DNA of 64,000 nucleotides, from positions 18,786,001 through 18,850,000 of the forward strand of contig OZ193909.1 in assembly GCA_964276515.1 (NCBI GenBank), written 5' to 3'. Of this stretch, positions 40,883 through 54,429 are shown piece after piece (position 1 is the first letter of the stretch; each line of letters starts with the position of its first letter). The position numbers were made by a program, and so were the translations under genes. This DNA comes from Gordius albopunctatus (taxonomy: Eukaryota). A model generated the notes under the pieces. The model did not search any database and had not been told where the DNA came from. It saw only the letters and a list, made by a program, of their open reading frames with translations.

Positions 40883-42248
40883 AGGTTCTTTATTTATGGA
40901 CTAATGGCTGGAACATAAATAAACATTTTGCGTAATAAGTAATTACTTTGAATATTTATTTAGTATAAATATAAAGTAATATATTTGTTTAATATATTTA
41001 GCAACCATGTTTTTTTTCCTAAAAGTTTAATCATTAATAAATTTTACAAATATCGTCAAAAAATTCTAATATTTTATAAGGGTAACTTACATATTACATG
41101 ATACTATACACCAATAAATAACATAAAAAATTGTATTTTATTACAGTTGTATTGATACTCAAGTTTTTTGTATAAAAATTAATTTTAAACATTATAAATG
41201 GTTTTGTAAAAGATAAATCTTTAAATTAAAAAAAGTATAAATTAATAAAACACATTAAAAATCGTAACATAAATCTTTGAGCTCCATTAAACCGTAAATA
41301 AAAAGGGCTTGCTTAAACAAACTAATTATAAATTTTAACGTGAGATAAGCAATTAAATAAACGTGGCATAAGGCTTTTTGCCTAAAGTTTCTAGTTTGCG
41401 AAAAGCAGATTAAAATAAATTTTAGTTAATTGAATGTTATACATGTACATAAAGTTTTGATTAAAATAGCACTTAGCTAATATTAAATTTTACCTGTCAA
41501 TTTCCAATTTTGGGGTTAAAAGCGTTATTCATTAAAAAATTTCAAGATTTTGTAATAATTAATCATACTCTTTTAGCCTTAAATATTCTAAAATTTACTT
41601 AATTACATAGTTTATAAACTTCTTTACAATAATATTTATCTCTACTTTTAATATAATCTTATGCAGTAAGGCCCGTACATACATGCAAAATGAAGAATAT
41701 GTCGCGTCATACAAAAAGATATCACATTGCTTTACTAAACTTGTTATTAAAATCGATTGATATTCAATTTGTTGATTTAAATATATTGATTTCTCGTATT
41801 AGGCACATTGGCATTGACTCTCTTAACTGCAAAGAGGTGTTAAAATTTTCCACAATGCTCTTTTAATAAAAAATTATTTTATTTTTTTCTTCCGGAGTAA
41901 GAGGATGCGAATTAATGAAAAGCTATAATTAAATTTAATATATACTTCGCCTTTTCAATGCCAACGTTAATTTTATTCTTTTGCTGCTAGTGGATCATAA
42001 ATATTCATTTGGTATTGCTAACTTTTCACTTCCCTAAGCCTCACGACATCACTTTAAATTATAATGATCAAGACCCTTGCAAAGGCATTGTGACACGCAC
42101 GCTTTATAATAATACGGGACCAGCATATCACGATATCCCCAACTTGGTCCAAAGTTTATAGATATCCATACCATATATAGATGAAATCTGGATTTAGACC
42201 TTGAAATCTGGCACTAATTATTTATAATTTATCTAACATCCAATTAAC

Positions 42249-45200
42249 ATGTCACATTACTCCAAATTGAGTTCACACCTCGGGGCAGTTAATAGGACCT
42301 TTGCTCGTGTCAACCCTACCAACAGATCATATGTTTATTACGGCCCAATCAGATGTTTTAACGAATGCGTGAATGGTTCTTTGCCACCTGATCTACTAAT
42401 ACCAGAAGATTTATTGGTCGGGCTAACTTCATTGTACCTAATTCTATTCTTGGTGGGGGTATTTGGAAACACATTGATCATATATGTCACTTTCGGCTAC
42501 GAAGAAATGCGAAGTTCTCATACCCATTTATATTTAGCTAATTTAGCTATAGTGGATATATTACTTTTGTTAATTAATGTTCCACTAGGGCTTATTGAGC
42601 TATACGACCAAGATATATGGTATCTAGGGCCTAATTTATGTAAGTACTAATAGCCTAAACAAAATTATCAAACACTTAAAGCTTATATCTGTTCAAATAT
42701 CTATTCTTCTCATTTTACCTCTGTAGTTATTGCTACTCAATTTCTTAAAGCTTACTAAAACTTTTAAATGTCTCTCTTTTTCTGTTTGCGAAGATTTGGG
42801 TAATTGAGATCAAAGTCATTATAATAGATGGTCTCTTATTAAAATCCAATATTTCTATGTTGGACAATCAATTAAATATTTAACGACAAAATGGTCCTGT
42901 ATATTAATAATAATTCCTTCGTGTCCGCTTGGGGCTTTTAGAAGCCAATAATGAATGTTTTGTTATTATTTTGATTCTTATTCACAATTTAGTTAGTAGA
43001 TTATCAACAAAATAGCTACAATGTTTTGCAATAGGATCTAATGATTTGATACATTTTCTAACTTGACGCTTGCTTTGGAAGTCAGATTAAGTTTACATCT
43101 TTAGCATACTAATTTAATGTGCATCGTCAAAGTTGTGATTTACCAACTCTTTAGTGAACCTTAATTTGTTTTATTTGGAGAGCGTCAAAGGAAACAGCTT
43201 CCTTGCCAATTTCACGAGCTTTGATTTAAACTGACTTTGTCCTAGTGCCGATCATAAGTCCGATTATCTCAAAGAATATAGAAATCTACATTAACTTAAG
43301 GGGGCACTAGTCGAATAATCATATTTTTTGTTTTATTAACTTACTTGCTGTTACTAAAAAAATAACAACACGGTCAATTTAACAAATGCATAATAGACCA
43401 GACTAAGAAACTGCTAAATCTCATTTGAAAAGTGTTTCGAATTTGGCATTCCTATTGCTCATCCAATTTAGATGGCAAGGAAAATGCTTATAATGATATC
43501 GGATTTTCCTTATATAGCTATTATCACATAGATATAGGATATTATTGACTTAAGCCTTTTAAATTAAAATACAGAGTAAAAAGAAATTAATACCTTTGAA
43601 GAATACTAATATTTTATGAATAAAATTTGATTTATAGAGCCATCTATATTTAAGCTCTTTTTAAATTAAATTCTATTTAAGAAATTATAGAAGTACTCTT
43701 ATGAAGAGAATGAGTTTTAAATATTATAATATAAATTTTTTTTAGAAATTACAACCCGTATCATTATGGTCGTTTTTAATGAGTCTTTTGCGATTTTGAT
43801 AAATACATATGTTTAAGTTTGTTTTTTTTTTGACATAAAGCTTACGTTCATTAAAATTGTTATAAATTCTAAATATAGCATAGCATTATTAATTTAATAT
43901 TAATGATATATATAATTGTAACAAAATATCTTTGTTTTATGTTCTATTTTTGAAATTTCAGGACACACGCATTTTCCTTTTTAAGCATAAATGGATTTTA
44001 AGAGAGGTAATTCTATAATTAGAAACCGGTAAGTCGCTTTTTGTAATGAATATTGCGGTTTTACGACTTTGAGCCTTTATGGTAAAATCGATTAGTCTAT
44101 TAGACACGAAATCACCATCAATTTCTTGATACCTCATTGAAGGTTAAACTAATATTTTTTGTAACTTATATTCAATAATAGGCATTATAAGAATAATTGA
44201 AATATTTTTATTCATTTTACTTTAATAACTGACTTTAATTAATCATCTGATATTACTAATTGCCTTCAAAGACATGGACGTAGCCAGGATCGGATTTAGA
44301 GGGGGGGGGCAACAATGATTTAGGGAGGGGCAAAATGTTAATTTTTTAGCAATTTTAGCCATAATTGTATTAACTGTTAAACATTTTTTTGTATTTAGAG
44401 GGGACAGCCGTCCCTCCCTGCCACCCTCTGACTAGGCCGATGTTCAAGGAACTACTAAATCTTTAGAATAAACGTAAAAGTGTCCATTCGATTATATAAG
44501 AAGTTTGGTTTTTTATGAACTCGTCGGATCTTTATTTTTTCCATTTCTTAAATAAAAAGCTGGAAACGGGCTTATATAAAAATTAAAGGCAGTAAAGTTT
44601 TGGCTGGATATTAAGGTGATTTATATGTTTTCTCTATAAGGCTAACGCGAAAACATTTAACCATATATTTTTCTGCTTATCTGCAGCACAAAATAATAAT
44701 TTAATCAACCATAGCAACAGTTTTGGTGGTGATAAAGTATAAATTTGCATTTTTGTATCAATATCAATGTGTCATTGATGAGTGCGAAATTGGCAAACTA
44801 TATTCCAATCCACGCCTCTTCTATAAATTTAAGATAAGTTTCCCTCTATTAAATCATTTTATATCAAGTTAGGTATCTACAACCAATTTAAACTTAGTAA
44901 CTTTAATGTGTTTTTTTTCCAAGGACAATACCATCTTAACAAGTTTTATCAATCACAAATATTTTGCTAGAATTCAATCGCACACATACAAAATTTTTGG
45001 TCGCGAACCCATTTTAAAATACCGATATAAAGTTATTATAAAATATAATTGACTTTAGGTAAATATGACTATATTGCTCTTTATTTAGTTATGACTTAAA
45101 GTATTATAAGATTTATTGGTTAAAATCTATTAATATGTCTGTAACGAATGGATCATATGTCAGCCGGGTTAAAAGTTAATCTCAGTATTAAATTAGGTTA

Positions 45201-48057
45201 TGGCTCTGGAATACAAATTGAAATTAATTATTAAAAAATAATAGAAAAGAAACAATTGGATTACTTTCCCACACTTCATATAATTGATCTTTGCAATCTT
45301 ATTAAATATGTTATCCGTCAAATATTTACAAAAAATTTATTATATTTAGATGATAAATGTATATGTAATATTGATAGGAACTTTATTTACAAATTAAAAA
45401 CTAAAATTGTGAGATTTATTTAAAAAGTAATATTTATGTACAAAACGTGGTATACAACATAGATTTATAAGTCAGATAATTAATCGTAGAGCATAATTAT
45501 CTTTCATTCCCTATGGATTTTTTGTTTTTATAGATTATTTCATTTGTAGACTAATGTATATAAGTTTTTTGTTGTTAATATTAAATGGCTTTGAGGAACG
45601 TCATGTTTTGACTTTTAGATATGACAGACTTTTAATAGTCAATATGGTAAAAGATGTGCTTATCAATAAAATTTCAGAGAGCCGATGTTGGTTTGTTGCT
45701 ATGACGTTTGTCACCTAATAAAAATGTCTCATCGTTTTGACCTTTGTGGCCGATTTACAAATGTTGACTTAATTATGTTTGGATGACTTTTCAAGGACCA
45801 AATTTATCGAATATCAGCACAACAAGAAGATAAGGGTTATAAATATAATAGTTCGTGTCTCATCCGTGTTGATCATTTTATTGCTTATTGTATTTAACTC
45901 CATCACTTCACTATAATGATGAATTAATTATCTAGTACTTGCTTAGCATTCATGTTTGATTTGATTCTTCTATTATTATTATCAAAAGATATAATGTAGA
46001 GATAATAATTATATATTTTTTGTGGCACATAATAGGTATGCTTCGCCTAATCTTTTTACAATGAGTATTTATAAAAAATAAACCTAGCCATGTTAATTAT
46101 TATATAATGATATATGACTCAACAGCATACATAATTTATTGAGTTTCGAAAATTAATTAAGATTCATTGTTTCTATAATGGATTCGGCTCAGGCCATGAT
46201 ACCTCGTCCTAACTTTTTATTGCCTTTGATGTTTATCTTGCAATAAATCTTTAACATTTTTCGCTTATTATAGGCAAAGCGGTTCCATTTTTACAATCAA
46301 GCGTGACGCAAACTTCAGTGCTGACAATACTAGCCATCAGTTTCGAACGATATTATGCAATATGTCACCCGCTCAAGGTTAAGAGATATGCCGGCACCAG
46401 CGTTTCTCGCACTCTCAAGTTTTTGATATTAATATGGGCATTATCGCTTTCTATGAGCACACCTTACGTTTATATGACGCAATATCTACTGGCAACACAT
46501 CAAAATGGTAAAACAGTTCCTGTATGTGTGACTTCGCTTCAAGCGCGTTGGGAGCAAAATTTCTTCTTAAGTAGCGTTACGCTATTTTATCTTTTACCGC
46601 TGATGATACTAGTCGTATTGTATGCCAAGATTGTAAGGGTCTTGACTCTAAGTCGGAACATAGGAAATACGGTTGCTAGATTAACGAGAAAAGCCGATAG
46701 AAAAACTATGAAACAAAGGGGACAAACTCGACATGGTGGTCAAGGTAGTAGCGATACATCTTCCGGGCTTCTTCCAAGTTCAAACTTAGTTTATGAATTA
46801 CCCGGTGGGAGCATGTGTAATGGAATTGTAGCTACGAAGAAAGGAGGTTGGCTACGACAGAAAAATTGTGGTTTGAAAAAGTTTGCAGCATCGAAAAAAG
46901 TGAAATTAGTAGACACTGTAAGCTATGAAACTGAAAAAACTAGGGCAAATAAACGAATAAGTTTGAGCGAACATTGTACCATAGCATTGATCAAGGACCC
47001 GTCGTTGAATATTTCAAATCGTGGATGTGATATATGCAGTCCCATAGTTAGCAATATGAAAAGTTTTGTCCCACTTGAAATAACGATGCAGGATTGTTTT
47101 TCTGCGATTAGATATATAGATAGTGTGTCACAAAAAGAAAGTTCTGACTTAATAACATCCCGAGCCGAAATAAAGTCGTTAGACAAAACCTCCAATCAAC
47201 ATACAGGAAATTCTTCTTATAAACCGAAATCTCAATTTTGCCAATATTGTGGATCGGAGAAAGAAAGCGATGATGTTAAAAATAGCGCACAACCACCAAA
47301 AATAAATAAAAAAATTCTATTTAAAAATCGGAACGTTAATTTGTCATCACTTTTTAACCATCAATCAACGGAGCAGCAGAGAGATATTACAAAACATCCT
47401 TTAAGGCAATCTATGATGGAAGAAGAATCTCCGTGCAATGTTCATCATTTCAAAAAAAATCCATCTAGAAATGTCCAAGCTTATAATAAAAATTCAAAAA
47501 AATCCACATCTCATTTATCGAGAGGCAAAGATCGTTTAAGAAATGTCAGTCGATTTATTAGAAGAGCAGCTCCTTCTCAACTATTGCACCCCAACACTGA
47601 AATTCCTTCCTCGAGGTCGAGGTGTCATTCTAAGCCTAAGCACAATGCCATTAACAAAGGCCGTACCCAACTAGTCGGTATGTTAATAGCCGTTGTATTC
47701 ATGTATTTCGTTTGTTTACTACCGTTTCATTGTCTCAGCATATGGCTAACTTTCGTTCCCCATACCAGAGTAATCTCACTAGGCATCAAAACGTACACTA
47801 ATATTTTGTGTTTTACACGTGTCATGTACTATCTGAACAGTGCAATAAACCCCATACTATACAACGTTATATCCACGAAATTTCGCCACGCCTTTTCCCG
47901 AGCTTTGGGTTGTGGTAAAAAACGGAGTAGGAGAGCAACATTTAGAGCAACTATGGTCGGCGAAAGATCTAAATATTTGAGTGAAATACAGAGTAGCCAA
48001 TACGTAACGAGTTATAAAGAAGGGGTTCGTTTTGGTGGAACCGTTCGCTATAACTAA
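42249..48057 (+). CDS. ETHR: Ecdysis-triggering hormone receptor-like class A GPCR (exon B 42249-42639 joined to 46274-48057, about 724 aa)
   Basis: Exon B: LVGVFGNTLII, LYLANLAIVDILLLLINVP, WYLGPNL-T|GTAAGT. Acceptor TTATTATAG|GC at 46274 gives CKAVPFLQSSVTQTSVLTILAISFERYYAICHPL; TM5 LFYLLPLMILVVLYAKI; TM6 FVCLLPFH; TM7 RVMYYLNSAINPILYNVISTKFRHAF. These match recalled arthropod ETHR motifs (CKAVPF..ASVLTILAISFERYYAIC, CLLPFR, YLNSAINPILYNLMSxKFR). Confidence 0.88.
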
Positions 48058-49812
48058 TTTCCGGAATTAATAATGTTACATTTGTATATTTATTGTGATA
48101 GCCTACATCTCATTATTATTGTTGCTGTTGTTTTTAACTTCAACATACATGTTATAGCAGGTTTTATACCCCACCATAAAATAAGATTTAATTATTATAA
48201 AAATACAAGATATAAAAACAAATCCCAGAATGAAGATTGATGTATTATACATATAATAGTTAAACAAAGGAATTGACACGTAAAAACGTTTTAGTCATTG
48301 ATCTTTAGTATAATATTCTCTATTAGCAAGTAGATAGTTAACAATTAATTAATGAAATTAAATATTAGTTAATATTAAAAATATAAAATGATAGGTATGA
48401 AATATGAATGCGTTTACATATAATTTTAAGCTTTTATAAAATCTTGGCATTTTTATAATCAAAGTATTGCAGTAGTGCATTCATCATTTTAAAAAATTTA
48501 GTATTTAAAATTAGGTTTTATCATATTTAACAATATAGACAAAAACGTCTAAGCTGGTGATAGAACGGCAGAAAGAGTTAGTTCGCCTTGTTCCAAGATT
48601 GTCATAATTTTTATTTACACGTCGGAAGAATCTACCATAATGACTTGACATATATGTTTTTCTTACCTTTCTTCTATATAAATGTTTAGTAATTGGCCTC
48701 CCCTAGATATTATTTTATTCAATAAGTCGAGGCCTGTAAAAGCTAGCCCATTTACGAGGTGTATAATGATGACAAAGATGTATGATTCCAACACATTTAT
48801 CAATTGCTTGGTAAATCATGTAAAAAGAGATTTTAATTATTATTGAACAACCAAGCTAGAAGTTAGTTTTGACTTTATCAAAAGATTTAATAATTTTTAG
48901 CTCTTTAATAAAGATATAAAATTTGCGTTTTGTAGGTGCAAGGGGTTGAGCAGGAGTAGTCTGTAATAGGATCCTTTATATAACAGGAATAAAGAGAGTT
49001 ATGAATAGGCATAATAGACAATAATTTACAGCATAGTCACGATTTAAGCAAAATTTTTGAGAACTGTAGAAATTCGCCCCTAGCTAAAAAGTCCAGCGGA
49101 ATCATTATGTGCTAATGACAGCGTGAGTTATTCTCCTTTTAACTCTCGCAGATATGGGTAAGACTCTAACTAGTGTATTGGACCTTTAATCTCTAATCCT
49201 ATAATATATCACAGTGCCACTAATCTTTGGCAAAATATCTTAGAGAGCGAATAGAGAAAATCTAAATATAGAATCCATGTTTAAGGCAACCAGATAACTC
49301 GTGACTTATTTTCCTCAGAAAATTTAATTTTGGGGCAAGACAATTTACAAATATATGATGTCAATTGTCAAATTAAATCGCCTTACTGAAAACTATCATA
49401 AAATATATTTTTTCTATAATTTTAATAAAACAATATTATCTATTATTCATTAAAAATTGTTTTTATTTTAACGTACGGACCAGCATTAATAGTTTCTATT
49501 ATAATATACATACGGCATTGATCATTTATATTCGCCTTGATGTTTTGATTAATGGGCCGGCTTTGAAAAATATCATAGCGTAGACATTAATACGGAAGTG
49601 GCTAGATTTCTTAAATTATCGAAAATTTTAATTATAATATTTAACATCTGCTCTTTTATACACGACCGTCCGGACCTTTGGGCGTTCAATCAAGCCCACC
49701 ACCCAGGGTAAAAAAACAAAAACTATAAATACAAGATCACTTAACATAAAATCCTTATTATTATTGTACTTACACCCCATCGCAAAACCCTCTTTTGTAA
49801 ATCCCTCTTATT

Positions 49813-51275
49813 TAGTGTTTCGATCTCGTCTCGTCTCGGTCTCGAAAACAAAATCTCGTCTCGTCTCGGGAGCGATTATTAAAATCTCCATCTCGTCTCA
49901 GTCTAAAAAAATCTCGGCCTCATCTCGTCTCCACTTTTTAAAAAAAAATATATACAGAATAAAATCTTCTCTTGTTTTATTAAGAATACTAAATTAGTGT
50001 TAAAAAATCCAAATGGCAAACTTTTATATTTTTTGTAAAACATTTATACACAAGCTCAATACAGATTTGTGCGACCTACAATTGAAAAGATATGAACCAA
50101 TTAATAAATATAACATTTTCGTTAGAAAATTCAAATTAAAAAAACTATAAATAAACTTGAAGTATAGATAATTAAATTTTTTGTTTCTAAAAAATTACAA
50201 CATTTATATCAAATTTAATGTGTATTTTGATTATAAATATACTTAGAAATTTATAAGTTTACCTATATTGGATTTCGTTACATATTCGGGCGAATCGAGA
50301 CCATATTAGTCTATGATCGAGACCTTTTATTAAAACTGCCTAATGTCTCTTTGTTTAAAGGTAAACGTTTTCGATCATTATTACCACCATTAATTATAGC
50401 CCATAGAGTCTAATACATGTTTACTATAACGTTATAAACCACAAAGCGCGAGTGACTTTTAATGAGAATATTATTATTTATAGAATTGATAATTAGTTGC
50501 ACATATGAAAATGTAGTAAAACCAACAATTAAAGCGAAATTATTAAAGCATCAACAACATAAGATTTTAAACTTTAAATTAAAGTGCACGTATTTAATTT
50601 TATGACACCTTCCAATCTAACCAACTTTGCCATTAAATAGTAATATATCTAGAACAGTGTAAGTTTATGTATTTATTTTATATTGCACAATTATAGAAAT
50701 TATTATAGTAAATGTGAACCCACCTGCCAACCCAGCTTATGATGTGAAAAGTAATGCATAAGACACAACTATGTATTCATACAATGCCTTATTAAGGTTC
50801 AAAAATTTGGGAGGTCTATTAGTATAGCATAAAAACTTCTAGAAAATTCATGATTTAACTTGTTTAATTACTCAAACTCACCACCGATTTAGAATTTACG
50901 CATCATGCAGGATGAGTAACTGCGAAATGCAAATATGCTTTAGTAATATTTACTATTCTATCAGAACTCATTCTTTGCATAAAATTTAGTAATATTTAAG
51001 AATGCAATGGATACAAATATGTGATAAATATATTATAAAATTATTCACATATACTAAGGGTCAACCATACTTTGGTAAATGATTGCCAAATTTTAAATTT
51101 TTTGCAAAAACATATAATATTTACTACACTTAGGAATTTTTTTAATATCAAATATATTCCATACACATTGATTTAAGCTTAATACACTAAAATCTAACGA
51201 TCAATTAAAAGTCGAGATCTCGCCGAAAAAATCTCGTCTCGTCTCGACATCAAAATTATCGTCTCTATCTCGACA
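49813..51275 (-). mobile_element. Longer decayed relative of the 39873-40882 hAT element
   Basis: Begins TAGTGTTTCGATCTCGTCTCGTCTCG; other end TTAAAAGTCGAGATCTCGCCGAAAAAATCTCGTCTC matches the reverse complement of ~39925-39970. Second TIR not found. Confidence 0.65.
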
Positions 51276-51716
51276 TTTGTAATTTTAGAATAACGTCTTA
51301 ATACATTATTTTTAAATTTGGAATAAATAAAATCAGCTATTTTGTAAAGGATAAAATAATAAAGTGAGCTACTCGTAGTTATAATATACCTATTTCAAAT
51401 AGACTAAAATTATTGTTATCCTATTCATGAAAAATTTTCAATTATTTGGTTCACAACTTTAGCATTTAAACTGTTTTAACTGTAATTTATCTAAATAAAA
51501 ATATATCTAAAAAGAATAGATTATAGAATGATATTTGTAATATTTTATCAGATTATCAATCGAAAAGGGTTACAGTATTCACTATATAAATTAAGGTTAA
51601 CTGTATTAAACAGTTACTAAAATAAAGTAATCAAATCAACTACCGTCCCTCTGCAATTAAAGAAACTGTTTACAATCACTAAAAAGGAATTAGTTCAAGG
51701 AATATTGACACGTAAC

Positions 51717-51988
51717 GGTAGCCCGTCAACTTGCCGAAAACTATCTTGCCGAATTGAATTTCCCAAAGTTAAAAAATGTCCCAAAACTAGAAAATGTCCC
51801 CCAACAAAAATGCATATTAATCATCCAATTTCGAATTAAAGTTATAATTTAGCTAAATTTTTTATTAAATATGATAAATATATTAAAGGGTACTCAATTT
51901 AGGACCTTATTTATGATCATAGGGAGAAAATCATTAATGTCCCAGGGTGAATTCGGCAAGATTGTTTTTGGTGAGTTTATAGGGCACC
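51717..51988. mobile_element. Mutator-like MITE with 9-bp TSD
   Basis: ~38-bp imperfect TIR GGTAGCCCGTCAACTTGCCGAAAACTATCTTGCCGAATT / AATTCGGCAAGATTGTTTTTGGTGAGTTTATAGGGCACC; TSD ACACGTAAC (51708-51716) / ACATGTAAC (51989-51997). Confidence 0.75.
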
Positions 51989-52052
51989 ACATGTAACAAT
52001 AACAAGTTATTGAACAGCTGTATTTGTAACCAACAGCAGGAATATCATAAAA

Positions 52053-52740
52053 ATGCCTAAATATGAAATAGCTCTAATTTTAAAAATTATGAATAAAGTA
52101 ATTAATATATTATAATTATGTATCTCTTAAGACCGAAACAATTTCAGTATTAAAACGCGTTGGAACGAGTCTTTTAGATAAGAAGGGAATTATAACAAAT
52201 CTGGAGAACCTCGGTACTAAACCACTACCATACATCATGAATGCCAATAATCAAAAACACAAGAAAGGCCAGTAAGCTAAACATTTATTTTTAAAAATCA
52301 GCACAAAATTAAAGAGTCATGATGAATGGTGAGAATGTATCAATTAAAATTGTTTAATAAAATTTATTTATTTTAAATTATTTAATCACTCAAGTACAAA
52401 TTAAAATTTTATTTTATTAAATATTTTTAGATATTTTACATGGGAATTTTTTTTTTCACCAAATTCCATTACTGATTTTGAAGAAGAGCTATCTCGTGAT
52501 ATAGATATCATTAGATCAATGGTAGTTTCCCTTGATAAAGCCCAGGAGAAACATGAGATTTCAGCTGAAGCCTGGAAAAATTTAAAAGGACCTCACAAAA
52601 AGATGAGAGACCTTCCACGGCCTCTGCATTGTACTCTGCCTATTGAAAAGATGTTACCTGCATTACGTAATGAACTTAGGGATTATCCTAGATGGCAAAA
52701 GGCTGTCATAAATAAAATACATTATCCATCAAAAAATTAG
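52053..52740 (+). CDS. MRPS6: Mitochondrial ribosomal protein S6 (bS6m)
   Basis: Exons 52053-52097, 52132-52271, 52431-52740 give MPKYEIALILKIMNK-TETISVLKRVGTSLLDKKGIITNLENLGTKPLPY...GQYFTWEF...ELSRDIDIIRS, matching MRPS6 (MPRYELALILK, LENLGERALPY, LSRDIDVIR). Confidence 0.95.
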
Positions 52741-53587
52741 TTATGTTTTGTTATATATCTGATTTATTATATGCACACTATTTTGTATATAAAATTATAA
52801 ATTTATAAAAAATGAATGTTATTGTATTCAGTAATCATTTGAATTAGACAAGAAAGGTATTTTTAATTGATCATTAGGATCTAGACCTTATATATTGTGG
52901 TAATTTCTAATAAATTTGCCATTTTGAGCTGATACTTTTGTCAGAAATTCAAAACATTTGTCTGATCTTCTTAAATTTACTGTAATTCTTAAAAAAATTC
53001 AATTAATTTATAAAATAACTTTATACTTTTGTGGTTTATTTATTGCCATTGAATTTGTAAAAAAAGTCCTTTAGTGTCAAAAATGACCAACTTTACAATG
53101 CGTGGACCACTTATTAAATTTCAATCATCAAAAATCTGTGGTGGGCTATAAGATGGTAAAGTGAGCAAAAATGTACAAATCTAGGAAAAAAACATATATA
53201 GATGGCATTATGTCATTATTAAAAGCACACATTTTATGTTGAGATTTCACTTGGTTTGCATGAAGTGATGGGAAAACTCGAGGGTTTGATAACCCCAAGC
53301 CTGAGGTTTTGAGTTAAGGTTTTTTAAGAGCTCGGGGTTTTAAAATACCTGAACCTAAAGCCTTTAGGCTAGGTTTAGGTTTTTCAACCACCTAAGGTTT
53401 TTCCAAAAACTCAACCTAAAATTTTGGACTATATTTTAACTAGCCAAAAACTTTAGGTTGGAAGGAATTCTAAGCCCCATCCTTAATATTGTGGGTTTGC
53501 ATATATATCGTATGGTTTTGTTTGTTTGTCAATTTGACGTAAGAACATTATAAAATCGATGGCTAAAATTGGAAACATAAGAGCGGG

Positions 53588-54429
53588 CAGAGGTCAGATC
53601 TGTTTAGAATTTTCTGCCCGAACCCGGCCCCATTCAATTTTTAACTTCATTTACCGCTCGAAACCATCTGAGTGTCCGCTAGGGCCCGCCCGAATCGTCT
53701 AGCTCGAAATATTAAATTTGCCCGCTAGACCCGAATTTATGCAATCCCAAAATCTTTTAACCGCTATTAAAAATGGATACACAATTTTAATAGATTAATG
53801 GCTAATGCATTTAGGTTATACTTACTTTACTATAGAATATAATGGAGAAAATTTTTATACGAAGCAAAAAAAATGGTTGTGAATTAATTTTGTATAATAA
53901 AAATAAGTAAAAGCGCAGATAAGGGAATATAAAGGGCGAATGAAATGGTGCCAAAAAAGAATATGGAAATTAATTATAGAAATTAGGAATAATTAATAGC
54001 GTAGATTAGGGAATAAATAAAGCGGATTGAGCCAAATTTTATTTGTTAAAAAATGAATTCGAAATAAATACTTATATGTGCATACATTGTGTGCAAATGG
54101 CATGACACCTTTGTTTTAAGTCTAGACGGCACACATGTGTATTGCGAACAATGAAATGGCTACATAAATATAAATATTTCAGTCTTTTCCATTAACGTAG
54201 CTAAGAAATCGAGTCGGGCAAAGATTTAACTTGGGGGTGGCAGCATTCGCGATATACAATCTAATAAAAAAGTAACAAGATAATACAGTATGATTTTAAT
54301 TTAATTAGGCTCGAATTGCCCGAATTTTATCAGTGTGCCCACACAAAAATAAAAATTTAAGACATTTTTCCGGCTCTGTCGGCACACAGGCCAGGGTGGG
54401 CGGGTCGCGCCGAGAATTTCTGGTCTCTG
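53588..54429. mobile_element. Non-autonomous hAT-type element with GCCCG subterminal repeats
   Basis: TIR CAGAGGTCAGA / TCTGGTCTCTG; 8-bp TSD AGAGCGGG / AGAGCAGG; related terminus at ~21385-21499. Confidence 0.7.

Noticed and set aside
46923..47195. Antisense ORF in the GPCR loop (likewise 15484-15690, 33682-33930, 59160-59490)
   Set aside because: Shadow frames of genuine coding exons with no independent motifs.
48540..49330. Possible small spliced gene downstream of the GPCR
   Set aside because: Scattered splice-like sites give only short peptides with no recognisable homology.
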